Assembly: GCA_964016885.1 (NCBI GenBank)
Contig: CAXHJY010001125.1
Location: forward strand, 1 to 64,000
Direction: 5' to 3'
DNA from: Eledone cirrhosa
Lineage: Eukaryota
Length of the DNA stretch: 64,000 nucleotides
The notes below the pieces were generated by a model that saw only the letters and a program-made list of their open reading frames with translations, made no database searches and was not told the DNA's origin. This document shows, one piece after another, positions 13,165-26,114 of this stretch. Each line of letters opens with the position of its first letter. The first letter of the stretch is position 1. A program made the position numbers and the translations under genes.

Positions 13165-14080
13165 ATGGTCCGAACACAGAGAAGCCAAACTCCCACTGTC
13201 ATCGTCTCCATCTCTCTCGCCCTCCCCATCTCTACATACACCTGGTCCGAACACAGAGAAGCCAAACTCCCACTGTCATCGCCTCCATCTCTCTCGCCCT
13301 CCCCATCTCTACATACACCTGGTCCGAACACAGAGAAGCCAAACTCCCACTGTCATCGCCTCCATCTCTCTCGCCCTCCCCATCTCTACATACACCTGGT
13401 CCGAACACAGAGAAGCCAAACTCCCACTGTCATCGCCTCCATCTCTCTCGCCCTCCCCATCTCTACATACACCTGGTCCGAACACAGAGAAGCCAAACTC
13501 CCACTGTCATCGCTTCCATCTCTCTCACCCTCCCTATCTCTCACATACACCTGGTCCGAACCAGGAACAGCCGGACTACCACTGTCGTTGCCTCCATCTC
13601 TCTCGCCCTCCCTATCTCTCACATACACCTGGTCCGAACCAGGAACAGCCGGACTACCACTGTCATCGCCTCCATCTCTCTCGCCCTCCCTATCTCTCAC
13701 ATACACCTGGTCCGAACCTGGAACAGCCGGATTACCACTGTCATCGCCTCCATCTCTCTCGCTCTCCCTATCGCTCACTACACCTGGTCCGAACACAGAG
13801 AAGCCAAACTCCCACTGTCATCGCCTCCATCTCTCTCGCCCTCCCCATCTCTACATACACCTGGTCCGAACACAGAGAAGCCAAACTCCCACTGTCATCG
13901 CCTCCATCTCTCTCGCCCTCCCCATCTCTACATACACCTGGTCCGAACACAGAGAAGCCAAACTCCCACTGTCATCGCTTCCATCTCTCTCCCTATCTCT
14001 ACATACACCTGGTCCGAACCTAGAACAGCCGGACTACCACTGTCATCGCCTCCATCTCCCTCGCTCTCCCTATCTCTCTG
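13165..14080. repeat. 77-79-bp minisatellite with two unit variants
   Basis: About 12 copies of cctggtccgaacacagagaagccaaactcccactgtcatcgcctccatctctctcgccctccccatctctacataca; variant units carry ccaggaacagccggactaccac. Confidence 0.9.
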
Positions 14081-14082
14081 TT

Positions 14083-14150
14083 TGGTGAGCAAATGGGGTC
14101 CCACTTGCTGGCCTCCCCACAGCCCCGGCGGACAGAATGGAGTAGGCGTT
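14083..14150 (-). mobile_element. CRE-type element extreme 3' fragment
   Basis: Reverse complement matches 4805-4862 and 26920-26943 (ccattctgtccgcc...gaccccatttgctcacca). Confidence 0.75.
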
Positions 14151-14394
14151 TTTATATTTCGGTTGATATTTGATAATAACAGCTAAACTAATCACTACAA
14201 CTAAATTGACCAAATTTGCCCAATTCAGAAATGCTCCCACCGCCCCTGAAACACAGTGTATTTTAGTATAAATATGGCATCAAAAGGGTTAAGATTCAGA
14301 CAAAATGTTAAAGAATACAACCTGAAAGTGAAATGTCAACAAAACGAATTTAAAATAATACATGAGGATTTTCTTGGTTTGTAGAAAAACTTAC

Positions 14395-14471
14395 CGATTA
14401 AACGTTTTTCCAAAGCAGTCGGTCAGCGAGAGGGCTCAGTCTGAGATTAGAGGCTTGTGGTTCCAAAATAC
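14395..14471 (-). other. Candidate 77-nt spliced exon (UTR, lncRNA or stop-containing)
   Basis: Acceptor atttatttctatttcag|G and donor CG|gtaagt around non-repetitive sequence; stop codons in all three frames. Confidence 0.5.
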
Positions 14472-14772
14472 CTGAAATAGAAATAAATGTCACTATTTTA
14501 ACATTTCTGCGCAGAAAATAAATATTAAACTGAATTTGAAAAGATAGTCTCCACAATGCCGATAACTATAATTAATAGATGAATAAATCGGGTAACCTAC
14601 TATTGCTGATGGATAAAAGTGGACAGGGACGAACTCCCCGCATTTCTTTCCTTCTCCAGGAGCACTTTACTCGATTTATTCAACTATTATCTATAGTTAT
14701 CAAATCTGTGGACGTACCAGCCAGACACAAACAAGTTCCCTCACCAGTTTTCTTCGGATTTACTGAACTTTC

Positions 14773-14826
<54 letters not shown>

Positions 14827-14896
14827 CACATATATATATATATATATATATAGGAAAGAGTCAGGCAAGATTCCACTGTTCTAATGTTGGTGGTTT

Positions 14897-15040
14897 AGTT
14901 CGGATCCAGCTGTCGAAACGGCTGGAGCTCAGCCGTCGGGGGTCTTGATTCTTTTCCTATTACCCACTCTACTCCCCTAAGTATTAAGTACTCTAGTGCA
15001 TTTTATGGTCCACCTGGTATCTTACCACACCCTCTTTGTT
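14897..15040 (+). mobile_element. Element family A (variant subfamily)
   Basis: gtcgaaacggctggagctcagccgtcgggggtc...ggtccacctggtatcttaccacac then (TA)n. Confidence 0.8.
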
Positions 15041-16042
15041 ATATATATATATATATATATATATAAATATATATACATATATATATATACATATATATAT
15101 ACATATATACATATATATATACATATATACATATATATATATATACATATATATAAATATATATATATAAATATATATATACATATATATAAATATATAT
15201 ATACATATATATAAATATATATATACATATATATATACATATATATATACATATATATATACATATATATATATACATATATATATACATATATATATAC
15301 ATATATATATACATATATATATACATATATATATACATATATATATACATATATATATACATATATATATACATATATATATACATATATATATATACAT
15401 ATATATATACATATATATATACATATATATATACATATATATATACATATACATATATATATACATATATATATACATATACAAATATATATACATATAT
15501 ATATACATATATACATATATATACACATATATATATACATATATATACACATATATACATATATATATATATATACACATATATACATATATATACACAT
15601 ACATATATACATATATATATATATACATATATATAATATATACATATATATACACATATATATATATACATATATATATATATGTATATATATATATATG
15701 TATATATATATACACAACGAGCTACTGGGAGTTTGTCTACCAAATTTTACCAGGAAACCATTTATCAATCCGCGGCTCCAGTAAAAGATACTTGCCCAAG
15801 GTGCCACGCAGTAGGAATGAATTAGAAAATCATCTGGGTATGAAATGAAATCCCTAACCACAAAATGTTTTTTTTTTTTTTTTTATTATTGGGGAAGCGG
15901 GTTAAATTTATATTTACATAAATCTACATCACTGATTAAAATTCCAGCCCATTTATTTCGTTTACATCTAAAGTTACAATCTACATTCACACACATTATA
16001 TATATATATATATAATATATATAATATATATATATATATAAT

Positions 16043-16135
<93 letters not shown>

Positions 16136-16230
16136 ATATATATAATATATATATAATATATATATAATATATATATAATATTTATATAATATATATATAT
16201 ATATATAATATATATATATATATATAATAT
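15041..16230. repeat. Compound (TA)n/(TACATA)n microsatellites with a SINE-like fragment at ~15715-15862
   Basis: Low-complexity tracts visible directly. Confidence 0.85.
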
Positions 16231-16583
16231 ATAAGATCAAAAGATGGTTAAAAGAGTTCCATGTATTTTATTATGCGCATTTCAAAAACAAATATCATCA
16301 TGCAATAACATTTGCGTTTTCGTCACATAAAATAGGGAGACATGATATGAAGGTTAAAACACACTTGTGGATAGTGCAGTTTTAAATCAACATATGAAAA
16401 GTAGTTTTAGATTGATGTGTGATATTGGGAAAACATTTTTGAGGGGGGTGGAGGTGGAAAGGATGAAAAAGAGGAGGAGATGAGAGTAAAAAGTGGAGGA
16501 GGAGGAGTATAATGAGAAAGGATGATATTTCTTATCCGATATCTGCATTGCTTTATTATACTACAATAAAACTCACCTCCTAC

Positions 16584-16585
<2 letters not shown>
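16231..16585 (-). mobile_element. Element family B, ~355-nt copy between (TA)n tracts with degenerate hammerhead
   Basis: Minus strand ...ttattgcATGATGAtatttgtttttGAAAtgcgcATAataaaa...; ends shared with 12131-12332. Confidence 0.65.
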
Positions 16586-16630
<45 letters not shown>

Positions 16631-16689
16631 TATTAAAAAAATAATGAATAAACAAAGAAACCGTTCCTTATATTAAACAAAAAAAGTTC

Positions 16690-16827
16690 ATTATTTTACG
16701 ATCGTTTCTAGGATATATATGTGTTAGAATTGGTATGCATATTCTATAGATCTATGTACAATATTTATACAAACTATCAGAGGGAATATACATACCTTCA
16801 CATATATATGCTGTCTTCAGAAATAAT
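16690..16827 (-). ncRNA. Type I hammerhead motif with ~105-nt helix II domain (family C)
   Basis: attattt-CTGAAGA-[atatatatgtg...cacatatatat]-GAAAC-GATC-GTA-aaataat; 7-bp helix I, palindromic helix III. Confidence 0.65.
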
Positions 16828-16846
16828 ATATATATATATATATATA

Positions 16847-17033
16847 AATGGAAGTTCAGGAGAATCGAAGCTGTGGTTGCGGCCATGCTAACGAATGCAA
16901 TCCGGAATGTGCAACTAAGCACTCAATGAGGTAGTTTTACCTTAGAGTAATAACATTACGTTTAGACAGCTTGACAAATTGAAGACTGCGACCGGTGAGC
17001 CAGCCGCAAGGACCAAAGCAACGAGAAAACCAA

Positions 17034-17037
<4 letters not shown>
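16847..17037. mobile_element. (TA)n-flanked ~190-bp element, diverged homolog at 40881-41062
   Basis: Shared blocks aaatggaagtt, tgtgcaac.aagcactcaat, tagagtaat, ttagacagc, caaattgaa.actgcg. Confidence 0.65.
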
Positions 17038-17095
<58 letters not shown>

Positions 17096-17156
17096 GTCTG
17101 GTATATTTCCTGAGGAGGCGCGTGGCCTAGTGGTTAAGGGGTAGGACCGATATTAA

Positions 17157-17377
17157 CCCTTTAGCATTTACATTACTCAATATTTACTATTGTATTTTCA
17201 TGGTAACGGCTTTATTTTATATTATTATATCACATAATATCGAATCTACAAGATTTTGATATTATGTATTTTGAGAACAATACCTTAAAATAAGTATGAG
17301 CTGCTGGTTTTGGCTAGTTTGAAGAGAAAGAGATGAGAAAATTCTGGCCGGATATGGCCAGCTTAAATGCTAAAGGG
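17157..17377 (+). mobile_element. piggyBac-like MITE
   Basis: TTAA TSD on both sides; TIR ccctttagcattta/taaatgctaaaggg. Confidence 0.85.
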
Positions 17378-17659
17378 TTAAACATCAGAGAACGCCTCTA
17401 ACATGCAACTTCGTAAGAAATAAATCAAAACTAGGTATGAGCTATAAATATCTTCAGGGCTTAACATTCAATTGCTTTTAAGATATTTTTTTTTCGTCAT
17501 CTAAATGGTAATTATATATAATTTACCTACATTTTTTTTAAATTACACTATTGTTTCCCTATTCAACGCCAAGGAGAAAATGTATTATACGTATGTTAGT
17601 AACTCTCTTTTTAAAAGTTAAATTCAGACGTTTTTTTAGTGTAAACCTATTTGCTTTAA

Positions 17660-17863
17660 CCCTTTAGCATTTAAACCAGCCATATCCAGCCAGAATTCTC
17701 TCAAAACGGCCGTAACTGGTCACTCATACTGATGTTAAGGTATTATTCTCAAAATAAATATCAAAATCTCATTGATTTGATATTATGTGAGATAGCTATG
17801 TGAGATAAAGTGTTTACCATGAAAATATAATAATCTATAAAGAGTAATGTAAATGCTAAAGGG
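17660..17863 (-). mobile_element. piggyBac-like MITE, inverted relative to 17157-17377
   Basis: TTAA TSD, same TIRs, internal sequence in opposite orientation. Confidence 0.85.
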
Positions 17864-17899
17864 TTAAGTTTGTTTGTTCACATTAATTTACGCTGCCTT

Positions 17900-18075
17900 A
17901 GGGTGGTGGATTGGCAGTATCGGTAGAGGGTCGGACACCTTTACAGCATAGAGTTACGGCCCTTTATGACCTGAGTTCAAATCTCACCGATGTTAACTTT
18001 GTCTTTCATCCTTACGGGGTCGATAAAATAAAGTACCAGTCACGCACTGGGGTCGATTTAATCGACTCCCCCCCC
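17900..18075 (+). mobile_element. SINE family 1
   Basis: ggtggattggcagtatcggtagagggtcggac head and ggggtcgataaaataaagtaccag box. Confidence 0.9.
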
Positions 18076-18543
18076 CCAAAAAAAAAAATTGCCGTGTAGT
18101 CGAGGAAATCGAGTTGGCCAGCAGTCGGTCATTTCAAGAACGCCGCCATATTAGAACTTGACAGTATGAAGATGTGTGATAGATGGATTTACAATATTTT
18201 CATGGAATATGAGAAGCTTAGAATGTCAATGGTGAGAGAAAAACCGATCACATTTCCTTCTTCTTCTTCATTAAATATTCTTCATTAAATATTTCTTCTT
18301 CTTCATTAAATATTTCTTCTTCTTCTTCTTCATTAAATATTCTTCATTAAATATTTCTTCTTCTTCTTCATTAAATATTCTTCATTAAATATTTTGTACA
18401 CTCACGAAGCACACCACAGGGTAATTGCTGGCCTTATGCCAAAAGTAGAAACAATTATATATATTTATATATATATACATATATACACATACAATATATG
18501 TATATACATACACACACACTCACACACATATATATATATTTAT

Positions 18544-18586
<43 letters not shown>

Positions 18587-18639
18587 TTATATATATACAC
18601 ACACATTATATATATATATATATATATACATACACACAC

Positions 18640-18684
<45 letters not shown>

Positions 18685-18731
18685 TATTATATATATATAT
18701 ATATACATACACACACATTATATATATATAA

Positions 18732-18870
18732 TATAGAAATGGCTTCTACGGGACTAGAACAGTTTCATTCGGAAGAAATCATCTGTAGGAGCCAATTATA
18801 TATTAAATGTTTATACTGCTTTGTATTGAGTACCTTACTGTGGTTACCTCCGATTGAACCCGGGATAAAC
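18732..18870. mobile_element. Element family D with inversion breakpoint at the hammerhead core
   Basis: Left part is minus-strand (ct)GATGA-tttc..gaat-GAAAC-tgttcta-GTC-ccgtagaagcc; right part is the plus-strand tail ending aacccgggataaac; homolog 47024-47159. Confidence 0.65.
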
Positions 18871-18901
18871 ACACACACACACACACACATGTATATATAT
18901 T

Positions 18902-19603
18902 AACAGAACAACACCACCATTAACAAAACTAACAATACCACCATGAAAAAAGAACTATTAACAACAGAACTAACAACGCCGCCATTAACAGAACTAATAA
19001 CAACAACAACAACAACATTAACAGAACTAACAACAACACTAACATTACAAGAACTAACAACAACAACACCAACATTAACAAAACTAACAATACCACCATG
19101 AAAAAAGAACTATTAACAACAGAACTAGTAACACCACCATTAACAGAACTAACAACAACAACATTAACAGAACTAACAACAACAACACCAACATTAACAG
19201 AACTAACAACAACAACACCACCATTAACAGAACTAACAACAACAACAACAACAACATTAACATAACTAACAACAACAACAACAACATTAACAGAACTAAC
19301 AACAACACCAACATTAACAGAACTAACAACACCAACATTAACAGAACTAACAACACCAACATTAACAGAACTAACAACAACAACACCACCATTAACAGAA
19401 CTAACAACAACAACAACAACATTAACAGAACTAACAACAACAACACCAACATTAACAGAACTAACAACAACAACACCACCATTAACAGAACTAACAACAA
19501 CAACACCAACATTAACAGAACTAACAACAACAACACCAACATTAACAGAACTAACAACAACAACAACACCAACATTAACAGAACTAACAACAACAACACC
19601 AAC
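18902..19603. repeat. (AAC)n-derived minisatellite with constant attaacagaact core
   Basis: About 22 variable-length units. Confidence 0.9.
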
Positions 19604-20269
19604 AATAATTTTATAGAACCCTCAAAAATTAAAAAAATGCAGTAATAAAAAGCATCGAATGAAAATGAAGTTAAAGCAACGTTAGTAACGAAAAGCAACA
19701 CCGCCCTCATATATGTCTGAGATAAAAAAAAACTACAAAAAATACCAAAAAAAAACTGAGTATCTATCCAGCGTTCCGACCTTTTTTAAATTACACTCAA
19801 CTGCTTGTATTGCTAAAAGCCAACGAATAATTCTGAATCCTCCCAACATTCCAGAGAACGGTAGTAAACCATTAACATAAATGTCTGCATACAATTTCTC
19901 TGTAGCACGTAATCAGCTTACTTTCAGCCTATCCCAATTCGAGGCATTCTAGTAAATAAGACTACTTACTGAATTCAGTACTTGGCTGGTAATATGTGGA
20001 GATGTGGAGAAAACACCCATTGTAGGCGACTATTATATAGTATAAGATATATTATTTCATCCGTATGAGTTAAATTTTATGCCTAAACCCAACAGCAACG
20101 GATGTTATTTAAAGTTTTAAGTTGCAAACATGGAGAGAAGGGCGGGAGCAGAGAGCAGTGAAAGTTAATAAAAGTGTTTGTCTTCATAAGAGTATATTAC
20201 ACATGAGGCAAATATCAAAATAAAGCCGACAGTTGTGTGTTAAATATATTTCTGGTTAGAGTCAGCATT

Positions 20270-20585
20270 GCCGAGGGGTTAAAGAGTTGGCTTTGCAATC
20301 ATTAGGTCAGGAGTTTGATTCCAATGTGTAGCATATTAGCTTATTGTCATCTAATATAGCTTTGAATCAACTTCTGGCTTGGGAGTAGGATTGGGTAGTC
20401 AGAAACTGTTTGGAAGCCCGTCGGATGAACTGGATTTGTAATTGTAATTCAAAGAGCCTTGAGAACTGCGTTAGGGCTGCACGTATCCATAGAATGCTCA
20501 GCCACTTACACGTTAATTTCATGCGCAGCCTGTTCCGTTGATCGAACAACTGGAACATTCATCGTCGAAACTGACGGAGGACCAT
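20270..20585 (+). mobile_element. Diverged family 2-like SINE
   Basis: gagtttgattcc B box; tail gagaactgcgttaggg...gctcagccactt.cacgttaatttc...gttccgttgatcg. Confidence 0.65.
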
Positions 20586-20806
20586 CAATATCTGAACGGT
20601 ATCCAAACAATTTTAATAGCTTTCAGATTAGTGGTTCTTAACATTATGTTGATGCTAAAGCTTTGAAATCTTGCAAGCATTTATTTCAGCTCTTATTATT
20701 AATAACTGCATTGTTTCTTTCCAAGGACTATGTTGAAAAATAAACCTCATTTGGTCATTCCATGAGAGTATCTTGGTCAGTCTATGAACTTTTCAGCTGA
20801 CCCTTG

Positions 20807-20854
<48 letters not shown>

Positions 20855-21178
20855 GATATCCACGGTAAGTCGTGGGGTCCAGTCTGCATGAAGAACTCAA
20901 TGTAATCCATATGTTGAAAATTATTGTCGGTTAAAATAAATCCCGGAAAACAATAAAACATTAAAAGGAAAACAGAGTCATGATATAAATTTTAATAACA
21001 GCTGGTGATATGCATGTAAGTAAATATTTTCCTTATCTGATATTTTGTAACTAACCTTACATAGATCGATAACGAAGTATGGTTACGATGTATTTTCATC
21101 ACCTAGAAACGATCGTAAAGCAGTGAAGTATATTTCTAATGACTTGAATTTTTATTTCATTGTTTTAACTTATATATT
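20855..21178 (+). mobile_element. Diverged family C element
   Basis: atgaagaactcaatgta and cctagaaacgatcgtaaa match the reverse complement of 38150-38480. Confidence 0.6.
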
Positions 21179-21302
21179 TATATATATATATATAGCATGC
21201 AGACCTTTACTCATGGGAGTACTCTGTACATGAGAAGATGTAGAGTTGGTATCGAGATATGTAAAAGGTGTAGTTTACACCCTTTAAAACGCTTGCTGAA
21301 CT

Positions 21303-21585
21303 AAAGAAGTGTGGTAAGGAGCCAAGTGGACCATAACGCACCAGAGTACTCGATACTTTGGGTAGTAGAGTGACTAATAGGAAAAGGTTCAGGACCCCGA
21401 CGGCAAAGCTCAAGCCGTTTCGACGGATATATATATTTATATATATATATATATATATATATAACGAAGGAAATGTGGTAAGGAACCAGGTGGACCATAA
21501 CGCACCAAAGTACTCGATACTTTGGGTAGTAGAGTGGGTAATAGGAAAATGTTCAGGACCCCGACGGCAGAGCTCAAGCCGTTTC

Positions 21586-21619
<34 letters not shown>

Positions 21620-21741
21620 ACGAAGGAAATGTGGTACGGAACCAGGTGGACCATAACGCACCAAAGTACTCGATACTTTGGGTAGTAGAGTGACTAATAG
21701 GAAAAGGTTCAGGACCCCGACGGCAGAGCTCAAGCCGTTTC

Positions 21742-21746
<5 letters not shown>
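21303..21746 (-). mobile_element. Three tandem family A copies separated by (TA)n
   Basis: Units 21303-21426, 21463-21590 and 21619-21746, each ending at gtttcgacgg. Confidence 0.9.
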
Positions 21747-21810
<64 letters not shown>

Positions 21811-22088
21811 TGATGACGAATCCGCTTCTCGACTCCAACACTGTTTATGGCGACTTACATTAACAAACCGGTCTGCCGTTGAGTCTTAAATTATATCTGA
21901 ATAAAGTTGGCTGCAAATATCTAAAATTATGTTTATGTAACCCAATCTTTGCTAACTTTAGTCGCTGCCTCCACCGCCATCGTATATATATATATATATA
22001 TATACACATGTATGTATATACATATATATACAGTCATATGTGTGTGTATATATATGTATTTATATATATATATACACACACATATGTG

Positions 22089-22208
<120 letters not shown>

Positions 22209-22499
22209 TGTGTGTGTATATATATATATATATGCGTATGTGTATATATGTATACAAAAGCAATGTGAAATTTGTGTTTAGCTAGTTAAGTTCGTCATGC
22301 AAATTTCTTCCTACACATAAGCCACAGTAACTTGTCGTAAATTACATACACATTCCCACCTACTAACACAAATATATTTGTATAAGAGACAATAAAATAC
22401 AGTTGTGTATAGTGCACCATAACATAAGCAGCAAGTCCCCCGCTTGGTCGTTAAGTTCGGAAAACAAGTTGCGATAATACTTAACAGATATTTCTTTAA

Positions 22500-22955
22500 C
22501 CCTTTAGCATTTACACTACTCTATATATATACTATTGTATTTTCGTGGTAAAGCCTTTACCTTACACAATTATCTCACATAGCATTTACATTACTCTATA
22601 TATACTATTGTATTTTCACAGTAGAGGCTTTACCTTACACAATTATCTCACATAATATCTCACATAGCATTTACATTACTCTATATATACTATTGTATTT
22701 TCACAGTAGAGGCTTTACCTTACACAATTATCTCACATAATATCTCACATAGCATTTACATTACTTTATATATACTATTGTATTTTCGCGGTAAAGGCTT
22801 TATCGCACATAATTATCTTACATAATATCGAATCTATGAGATTTTAATGCTATTTATTTTGAGAACAATACCTTAATATTAGTATGAGTGGTCAGTTACA
22901 GCCGGTTTGAACAGAAAGAGAATTCTGGCTGGATATGGCCGGTTTAAATGCTAAA
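22500..22955 (+). mobile_element. piggyBac-like MITE with internal tandem amplification and damaged right TIR
   Basis: TTAA-ccctttagcattta start; about four repeats of an ~80-87-bp 5' block; ends taaatgctaaa without GGG-TTAA. Confidence 0.8.
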
Positions 22956-23444
22956 TAATTATGATTTCCTTTATATATTTTTTCACGTGACAAAAAAAAA
23001 CAAATAAAAAAATAGAAAAATAAAATTAAAAAAAAGAAAAAAAGAAAAAAAGAAAAAAAGAAAAAAAGAAAAAAAGAAAAAAAGAAAAAAAGAAAAAAAG
23101 AAAAAAAGAAAATTTAAATACCATTCGTTGAATGAAAGTAGTTTGAGTATTTCGGACCAAGTCCCTAACCAAATGCTTTATTTTATTTTATTTTATTTTA
23201 TTTTATTTTATTTATTTATTTTATTTACTTGTTTGGATCGACAAAGATAGAGACTACGCCATTGTTCATTAATTGCGATATCATCATCATGACCACCATC
23301 ACCACCACCATTAAATCGACCCCAGTACGTTACTGGTACTTTATTGTATCGACCCCCGTAAGGATGAAAGTTAACCTCGGCGGTATTTGAATAAATAATA
23401 ATGGGAAAAAAAATCAGAACGTTTAAGCACGACTTGAAATCCAA

Positions 23445-23778
23445 GTTGAAGAAACATATAGGGTTCCAGAACTGAAAGTTGCAGATCCCTGTTCTGTATG
23501 AACCCTTAACTCCTGGTGGAGTCGCAGGAAATAAGAGTTAAAAAGGAAGAGTCAACCCCAGTATTTGACTGGTATTTTTTTATCGACCACGAAAGGATGA
23601 AATGTAAAGTTGACTTGGGCGGAACTCGGGACACCGAGAACCGGAATAACACAAAGTATTTTATCCGACGTTCTAACAACTTGGCACCTAATAAAGGTTA
23701 AACTTCTGGAATACTTTACAAATATTCACAGTTCCATTAATGGGTCTTTCATTGGAATTTTTAAAGTAGTCGTGTCCT
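23445..23778. repeat. Inverted duplicate of 5131-5464
   Basis: Direct reverse-complement comparison. Confidence 0.9.
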
Positions 23779-24525
23779 ATATCTACCGATACTGTCAACC
23801 CGTATAATGTCCTTTTACTTAACACGTTCCTAAACACTGGTACGACCGAAGAAATGGTGGAAACTTCTTTTTCTTTCAATGTCTTTTCATTCGTAACTAA
23901 TTTAAGCCGTTCAATTTGATAGTAGTTTCAGACGACGCCTAAAATACTCAGTCTAGTACAGGGACCATTAATTACACCTAAACCTGTCTCACCATATAAA
24001 CAACGTTTCGGTAGAAAGTAGGGGTGACTTAATATAAAATTAGTTAAAAGGCCCAGGTCAGGCATGCATAGAAAAATGAAGAGCTGGATCCCACACACAC
24101 AGACGCACACATATATATATATATATATATACACACACATATACATACATATAAACACATACATATATATATACAAGCACATATACACACACACACACAT
24201 ATATATACATACATATATAAATGTATATATGTATAAATATACACACATATATACACACACACACATATATACATATATATATATGTATATATGTATAAAT
24301 ATACACACATATACATACACACACACATATATACATATATATATGTATATATAAAAACACATACATACACACACACACATATCACACACATATATATATA
24401 TACATATATATATATATACATATATATATATGCGTATATATATATATACATATATATATATATGCGTATATATATATATATACATATATAGATATATAAA
24501 TACATATATATATATACTTGCGTAT

Positions 24526-24560
<35 letters not shown>

Positions 24561-24903
24561 ATTATACGTATTGGTATATAATTAGACATGCTACGTGATC
24601 CTGTGTGCTAATGACTATTAAATTCCATTGGTTTCCAGAGCTGAAATACCAAACTAAAGTCGAATATATTCCCACAACGGAGTTAACGTCTGCTGGAAAA
24701 CTAATTCTTTTCCAACCACTGCGTCTATGTTTCATTCAACTAAACTTTGATGGCCAATAACTCCAAACTACTTCTACTGTTTCTGTTGTTGATCAAACGA
24801 ACGAATGACTATCAAATGATAAAACATGGTAACCCATTCGCTACCAACCCAACCAACCCCAAAACTGTCTCCAACTCTATGGAATAAAACTATTCGTTTA
24901 GAA

Positions 24904-26114
24904 CACAGGTTCTCAACCCATTTAGGCCAAATGCCCCCTTTTGTCTTTGTCCCTCGAAATCACGAAACGCCCCCCCCCCCCATTTTCCCATTTTTCAATA
25001 TACTACTGATTTTTATATCAGTAGATTACTAAAAAATTGATTAACAATATTGCAAAGATGTGTGTATTATCTGATTATGTGTTGTATGTGGGTCCTAGAT
25101 GTGTGTATTATCTGATTATGTGTTGTATGTGGGTCCTAGATGTGTGTATTATCTGATTATGTGTTGTATGTGGGTCCTAGATGTGTGTATTATCTGATTA
25201 TGTGTTGTATGTGGGTCCTAGATGTGTGTATTATCTGATTATGTGTTGTATGTGGTCCTAGATGTGTGTATTATCTGATTATGTGTTGTATGTGGGTCCT
25301 AGATGTGTGTATTATCTGATTATGTGTTGTATGTGGTCCTAGATGTGTGTATTATTTGATTATGTGTTGTATGTGGGTCCTAGATGTGTGTATTATCTGA
25401 TTATGTGTTGTATGTGGGTCCTAGATGTGTGTATTATCTGATTATGTGTTGTATGTGGGTCCTAGATGTGTGTATTATCTGATTATGTGTTGTATGTGGG
25501 TCCTAGATGTGTGTATTATCTGATTATGTGTTGTATGTGGGTCCTAGATGTGTGTATTATCTGATTATGTGTTGTATGTGGGTCCTAGATGTGTGTGCTA
25601 CTCGCTTCTGTTTTTTCTTTTCATTTTTTTTTATTTGTAATATTATTTATACAATAGGGAATAAAATAGATCTACATAGTGTTAACTCGTTACGGTTGAG
25701 TCAATAATTTCAGACACGAAATACATTGTTATCGGTGAAGGAAAGATAAGATTCTAACTGTCTGCGCTCAAAGTGTCTTTGACCCAGTTGACTGTGGGTT
25801 TTTCCATTTTTAGGATTTCAATTACCGGTTAACGTCTCAATTACCGGACATGCCTGCACACCTGCTCACAGCTGCGGTCAGATTATAGTTATGCTGTCTG
25901 CAAGCTCATTCAAATGCATTCACACTGGCTGTCTCAAAGACATACAAATATGGCTTATAAAACTTACCAAAATAAAGAGCCTTCCAGCGCCCCCTAACCC
26001 TCTCCCCCAGCTCCAAACGCCCCCCCCCCCCCCTAACGCGATCTTGCTCCCAAACGCGCTCCTGGAGTTCCGAAACGCCCCCGGGGGTGCATATGCCCCC
26101 GTTGAGAACCTTTG
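24904..26114. mobile_element. Non-autonomous hAT DNA transposon
   Basis: TIRs CACAGGTTCTCAACC and CGTTGAGAACCTTTG; perfect 8-bp TSD GTTTAGAA at 24896-24903 and 26115-26122. Confidence 0.9.
25057..25596. repeat. 41-bp minisatellite inside the hAT element
   Basis: About 13 near-identical units gatgtgtgtattatctgattatgtgttgtatgtgggtccta. Confidence 0.95.

Noticed and set aside
13129-14088. 319-aa and 292-aa repetitive ORFs
   Set aside because: The 77-79-bp repeat period is mostly not a multiple of 3, so peptides cycle through frames
17113-17150. tRNA-like sequences (also near 42378, 44335, 46530)
   Set aside because: SINE heads without a complete cloverleaf
19084-19710. 208-aa Leu/Val-rich membrane-like ORF
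   Set aside because: Reverse translation of an (AAC)n-derived minisatellite
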